Origin: Centroscyllium fabricii
Taxonomy: Eukaryota
Direction: 5' to 3'
NCBI GenBank assembly: GCA_051313645.2
Contig: JBNRSN020000005.1
Location: forward strand, 282,410,001-282,474,000
DNA: 64,000 nucleotides
Shown here: positions 61,416 through 64,000 of the stretch, in pieces
How positions within the stretch are numbered: position 1 is the stretch's first letter
Layout: every line of letters begins with the position of its first letter
Translations under genes and position numbers: made by a program
The notes under the pieces: generated by a model
Seen by the model: only the letters and a program-made list of their open reading frames with translations
Databases searched by the model: none
What the model was told of the DNA's origin: nothing

Positions 61416-64000
61416 ATGACAGGGGAAAATGAATTAGAGCAGGGTTTCAGTGGGGAATCTGAAAATCGAAGTGTGCTAGGAGGATATAGAATGTATGAAG
61501 ATAAAGGTATAGTCGTAAAAGGGGCAAAAACAGAAATAAAGGGTAGTAAAACAGATGTGAAAGTGCTTTATTTGAATGCACGTAGTATTCGCAATAAGAT
61601 AGATGAATTGACGGTACAATTAAGCACGTATAGGTATGATATTGTGGCCATTACAGAAACATGGCTGCAAGGTGATCAGGACTGGGAGTTAAACATAGAG
61701 GGTTACTTGACAATCAGAAAAGACAGACAGGAAAGAAAAGGAGGTGGGGTGGCCTTTTTAATAAAGGATGGAATAACTGCAATAGAAAGGAAGGATATTG
61801 GGTCAAAGGATCAGGATAGTGAAACAGCTTGGGTACAGATAGAGAATAATAAGGGGAAAAAAACACTAGTGGGTGTAATCTATAGACCTCCAAATAGTTG
61901 TGACTCTGTTGGTCAGAACATAAATCAGCAAATAGTTGAAGCATGTAATAAGGGAACTGCTGTAATCATGGGGGACTTTAACTTTCATATCAACTGGGCA
62001 AATCAAACTGGGCAGGGTAGACTAGAGGAAGAGTTTATAGAATGTATTAGGGATGGGTTCTTAGAACAGTATGTCACTGAACCGACAAGGGGGGAGGCAA
62101 TCTTGGATCTGGTCCTGTGTAATGAAGCAGGATTAATTAAAAATGCCATAGTTAGGGACCCTCTTGGAACGAGTGACCACAATATGGTCGAATTCCATAT
62201 TCAACTAGAGGGGGAGCAATTTGAAACTCAAACCAGGGTACTTAGTCTAAACAAGGGAGATTATGAAGGTATGAGAACAGAATTGATTAAAGTAGATTGG
62301 GATAACGGACTAAAGAATAAGACGGTACATGAGCAGTGGTGTACTTTTAAGGAGTTAGTGTACAACCTTCAAGAAAAATACATTCCACTGAAGAAAAAAA
62401 GGGGTAAAGGAAAGGACAGCCAACCATGGCTAAGTAAAGTAATAAAGGATAGTATTCGGCTAAAGGCAAGGGCATATAAGGTAGCCAGATACAGTGGGAA
62501 GACAGAAGATTGGGAAGCATTTAAAAGTCAGCAAAAAATAACAAAGAGATTAATTAAGAAGGGGAAAATAGATTATGAAAGTAATTTAGCGAAAAACATA
62601 AAAACTAATAGCAAGAGTTTTTATAGTTATATAAAAAGAAAAAGGGTGGCTAAGGTGAATGTTGGTCCATTGGAGGGTGAGACTGGGAATTTGTTGGTGG
62701 GGAACATGGAGATGGCAAAAGCATTAAACGAATATTTTGTATCAGTCTTTACCGTAGAAGACATTAAAAATATTCCAACGCTGGATAAACAGGGGGCTAT
62801 AGGAATGGAGGAGTTAAACGCTATTAAGATCACTAAGGAGATGGTATTAGGTAAATTAATGGGACTTAAGGCGGATAAATCCCCTGGGCCTGATGGATTA
62901 CATCCTAGGGTCTTGAGAGAAATAGCGGTGGGGATTGTAGATGCATTGGTGATAATTTTCCAAAACTCCCTGGAGTCAGGAAGGGTCCCGGTGGATGGGA
63001 AAATGGCTAATGTAACACCTATATTTAAAAAGGGAAGTAGACAGAAGGCTGGTAACTATAGACCGGTTAGTCTAACATCTGTGGTGGGTAAAATGTTAGA
63101 GACCATTATTAAAGAAACACTGACGGGGCATTTGGATAAACATAACTTAATCGGACAGAGTCAGCATGGTTTTACGAAGGGTAAGTCATGTTTAACTAAT
63201 TTGCTCGAATTCTTTGAGGAAGTAACATCTCGGGTGGATAAAGGGGAACCGGTGGATGTGGTATACTTGGACTTCCAAAAGGCTTTTGACAAGGTGCCAC
63301 ATAAGAGACTATTGCTTAAAATAAAAAATTATGGGATTGGGGGAAATATATTAGCATGGGTAGAGGATTGGCTTTCAAACAGGAAGCAGAGAGTTGGGAT
63401 AAATGGTTCATACTCGGGATGGCAATCGGTGACTAGCGGTGTTCCGCAGGGGTCGGTGCTGGGACCCCAGCTGTTTACAATCTATATAAATGATTTGGAG
63501 GAGGGGACCAAGTGTAATATATCAAAGTTTGCAGATGACACAAAAATGGGAGGAAAAGCAGGGAGTGAGGACAGAAAAAGCCTGCAAAAGGACATAGATA
63601 AGCTAGGTGATTGGGCAGCAATTTGGCAGATGAAATTTAATACTGATAAATGCGAAGTTATACATTTTGGAAAAAAAAATCATAGAGCAAGTTATTCTCT
63701 AAATGGGGAGGAGCTGCGTGGTAATACAACGCAAAGGGACCTGGGGGTATTAGTGCATGAATCACAAAATGTTAGTATGCAGGTGCAGCAAGTGATTAGG
63801 AAGGCCAATGGAGTCTTAGCCTTTATTGCTAGGGGGATAGAGTATAAAAGCAGGGAGGTCTTGCTGCAGCTGTACACAGTATTGGTGAGACCGCATTTGG
63901 AATACTGTGTGCAGTTTTGGTGTCCATACTTAAGAAAGGATGTACTTGCCCTGGAGGCAGTGCAGAGAAGGTTTACACGGTTAATTCCAGCGATGAGGGG
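61416..64000 (+). CDS. CR1 ORF2p: APE endonuclease plus reverse transcriptase (partial, runs off the window)
   Basis: LYLNARSI, ITETWL, YRPP, GDFN, SDH (EN); NYRPVSLTS, QHGF, YLDFQKAFDKVPH, GVPQGSVLGP, FADD (RT). The first in-frame ATG after the ORF1 stop is at 61416, but the frame is open upstream through 61371. It is absent from the ORF track, presumably because it has no stop in the window. Confidence 0.93.
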   Translation, partial: MTGENELEQGFSGESENRSVLGGYRMYEDKGIVVKGAKTEIKGSKTDVKVLYLNARSIRNKIDELTVQLSTYRYDIVAITETWLQGDQDWELNIEGYLTIRKDRQERKGGGVAFLIKDGITAIERKDIGSKDQDSETAWVQIENNKGKKTLVGVIYRPPNSCDSVGQNINQQIVEACNKGTAVIMGDFNFHINWANQTGQGRLEEEFIECIRDGFLEQYVTEPTRGEAILDLVLCNEAGLIKNAIVRDPLGTSDHNMVEFHIQLEGEQFETQTRVLSLNKGDYEGMRTELIKVDWDNGLKNKTVHEQWCTFKELVYNLQEKYIPLKKKRGKGKDSQPWLSKVIKDSIRLKARAYKVARYSGKTEDWEAFKSQQKITKRLIKKGKIDYESNLAKNIKTNSKSFYSYIKRKRVAKVNVGPLEGETGNLLVGNMEMAKALNEYFVSVFTVEDIKNIPTLDKQGAIGMEELNAIKITKEMVLGKLMGLKADKSPGPDGLHPRVLREIAVGIVDALVIIFQNSLESGRVPVDGKMANVTPIFKKGSRQKAGNYRPVSLTSVVGKMLETIIKETLTGHLDKHNLIGQSQHGFTKGKSCLTNLLEFFEEVTSRVDKGEPVDVVYLDFQKAFDKVPHKRLLLKIKNYGIGGNILAWVEDWLSNRKQRVGINGSYSGWQSVTSGVPQGSVLGPQLFTIYINDLEEGTKCNISKFADDTKMGGKAGSEDRKSLQKDIDKLGDWAAIWQMKFNTDKCEVIHFGKKNHRASYSLNGEELRGNTTQRDLGVLVHESQNVSMQVQQVIRKANGVLAFIARGIEYKSREVLLQLYTVLVRPHLEYCVQFWCPYLRKDVLALEAVQRRFTRLIPAMR

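Larger units (their letters stand above)
60056..64000 (+). mobile_element. Apparently full-length CR1 LINE with intact reading frames; the 3' end lies beyond the window
   Basis: GC/CpG-rich 5'UTR, complete ORF1, and ORF2 with no stop codon from 61416 to 64000 (read codon by codon). Confidence 0.93.

Overview
This is eukaryotic genomic DNA, almost certainly from a cartilaginous fish (shark), judged from its repeat content: CR1 LINEs, HE1-like V-SINEs, SacSINE1-like Deu-SINEs and elasmobranch-type Penelope ends. Bases 1 to about 37,530 hold the 3' half of an EBF/COE transcription-factor gene on the + strand. Its peptide matches EBF3: nine coding exons with canonical GT-AG boundaries and consistent phases, and a 3'UTR of about 2.5 kb. 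I recognised no transposons between about 4.7 and 26.3 kb. Five N-blocks have lengths of 100+32k nt (132, 164, 132, 132, 196), which looks like computational masking, plausibly of ultraconserved elements. From about 42 kb onward the DNA is a dense transposon field. It contains PIF/Harbinger-group MITEs with 3-bp AWT target duplications, three Harbinger transposase relics, a Zenon-like LINE, SINEs, a solo LTR, a Gypsy relic, and an apparently intact CR1 LINE that runs off the window end. The most intriguing signal is in that CR1: ORF1 ends U_UUA_AAC_UAA, a canonical -1 slippery heptamer, and the open ORF2 lies in the -1 frame, suggesting a frameshift-made ORF1-ORF2 fusion. Also notable: the mammalian EBF3 alternative splice sites appear conserved, there is a ~300-bp near-perfect intronic hairpin, and a Penelope-derived hairpin carries a degenerate hammerhead-ribozyme core. 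Family names and human comparisons are from recall, not database searches.
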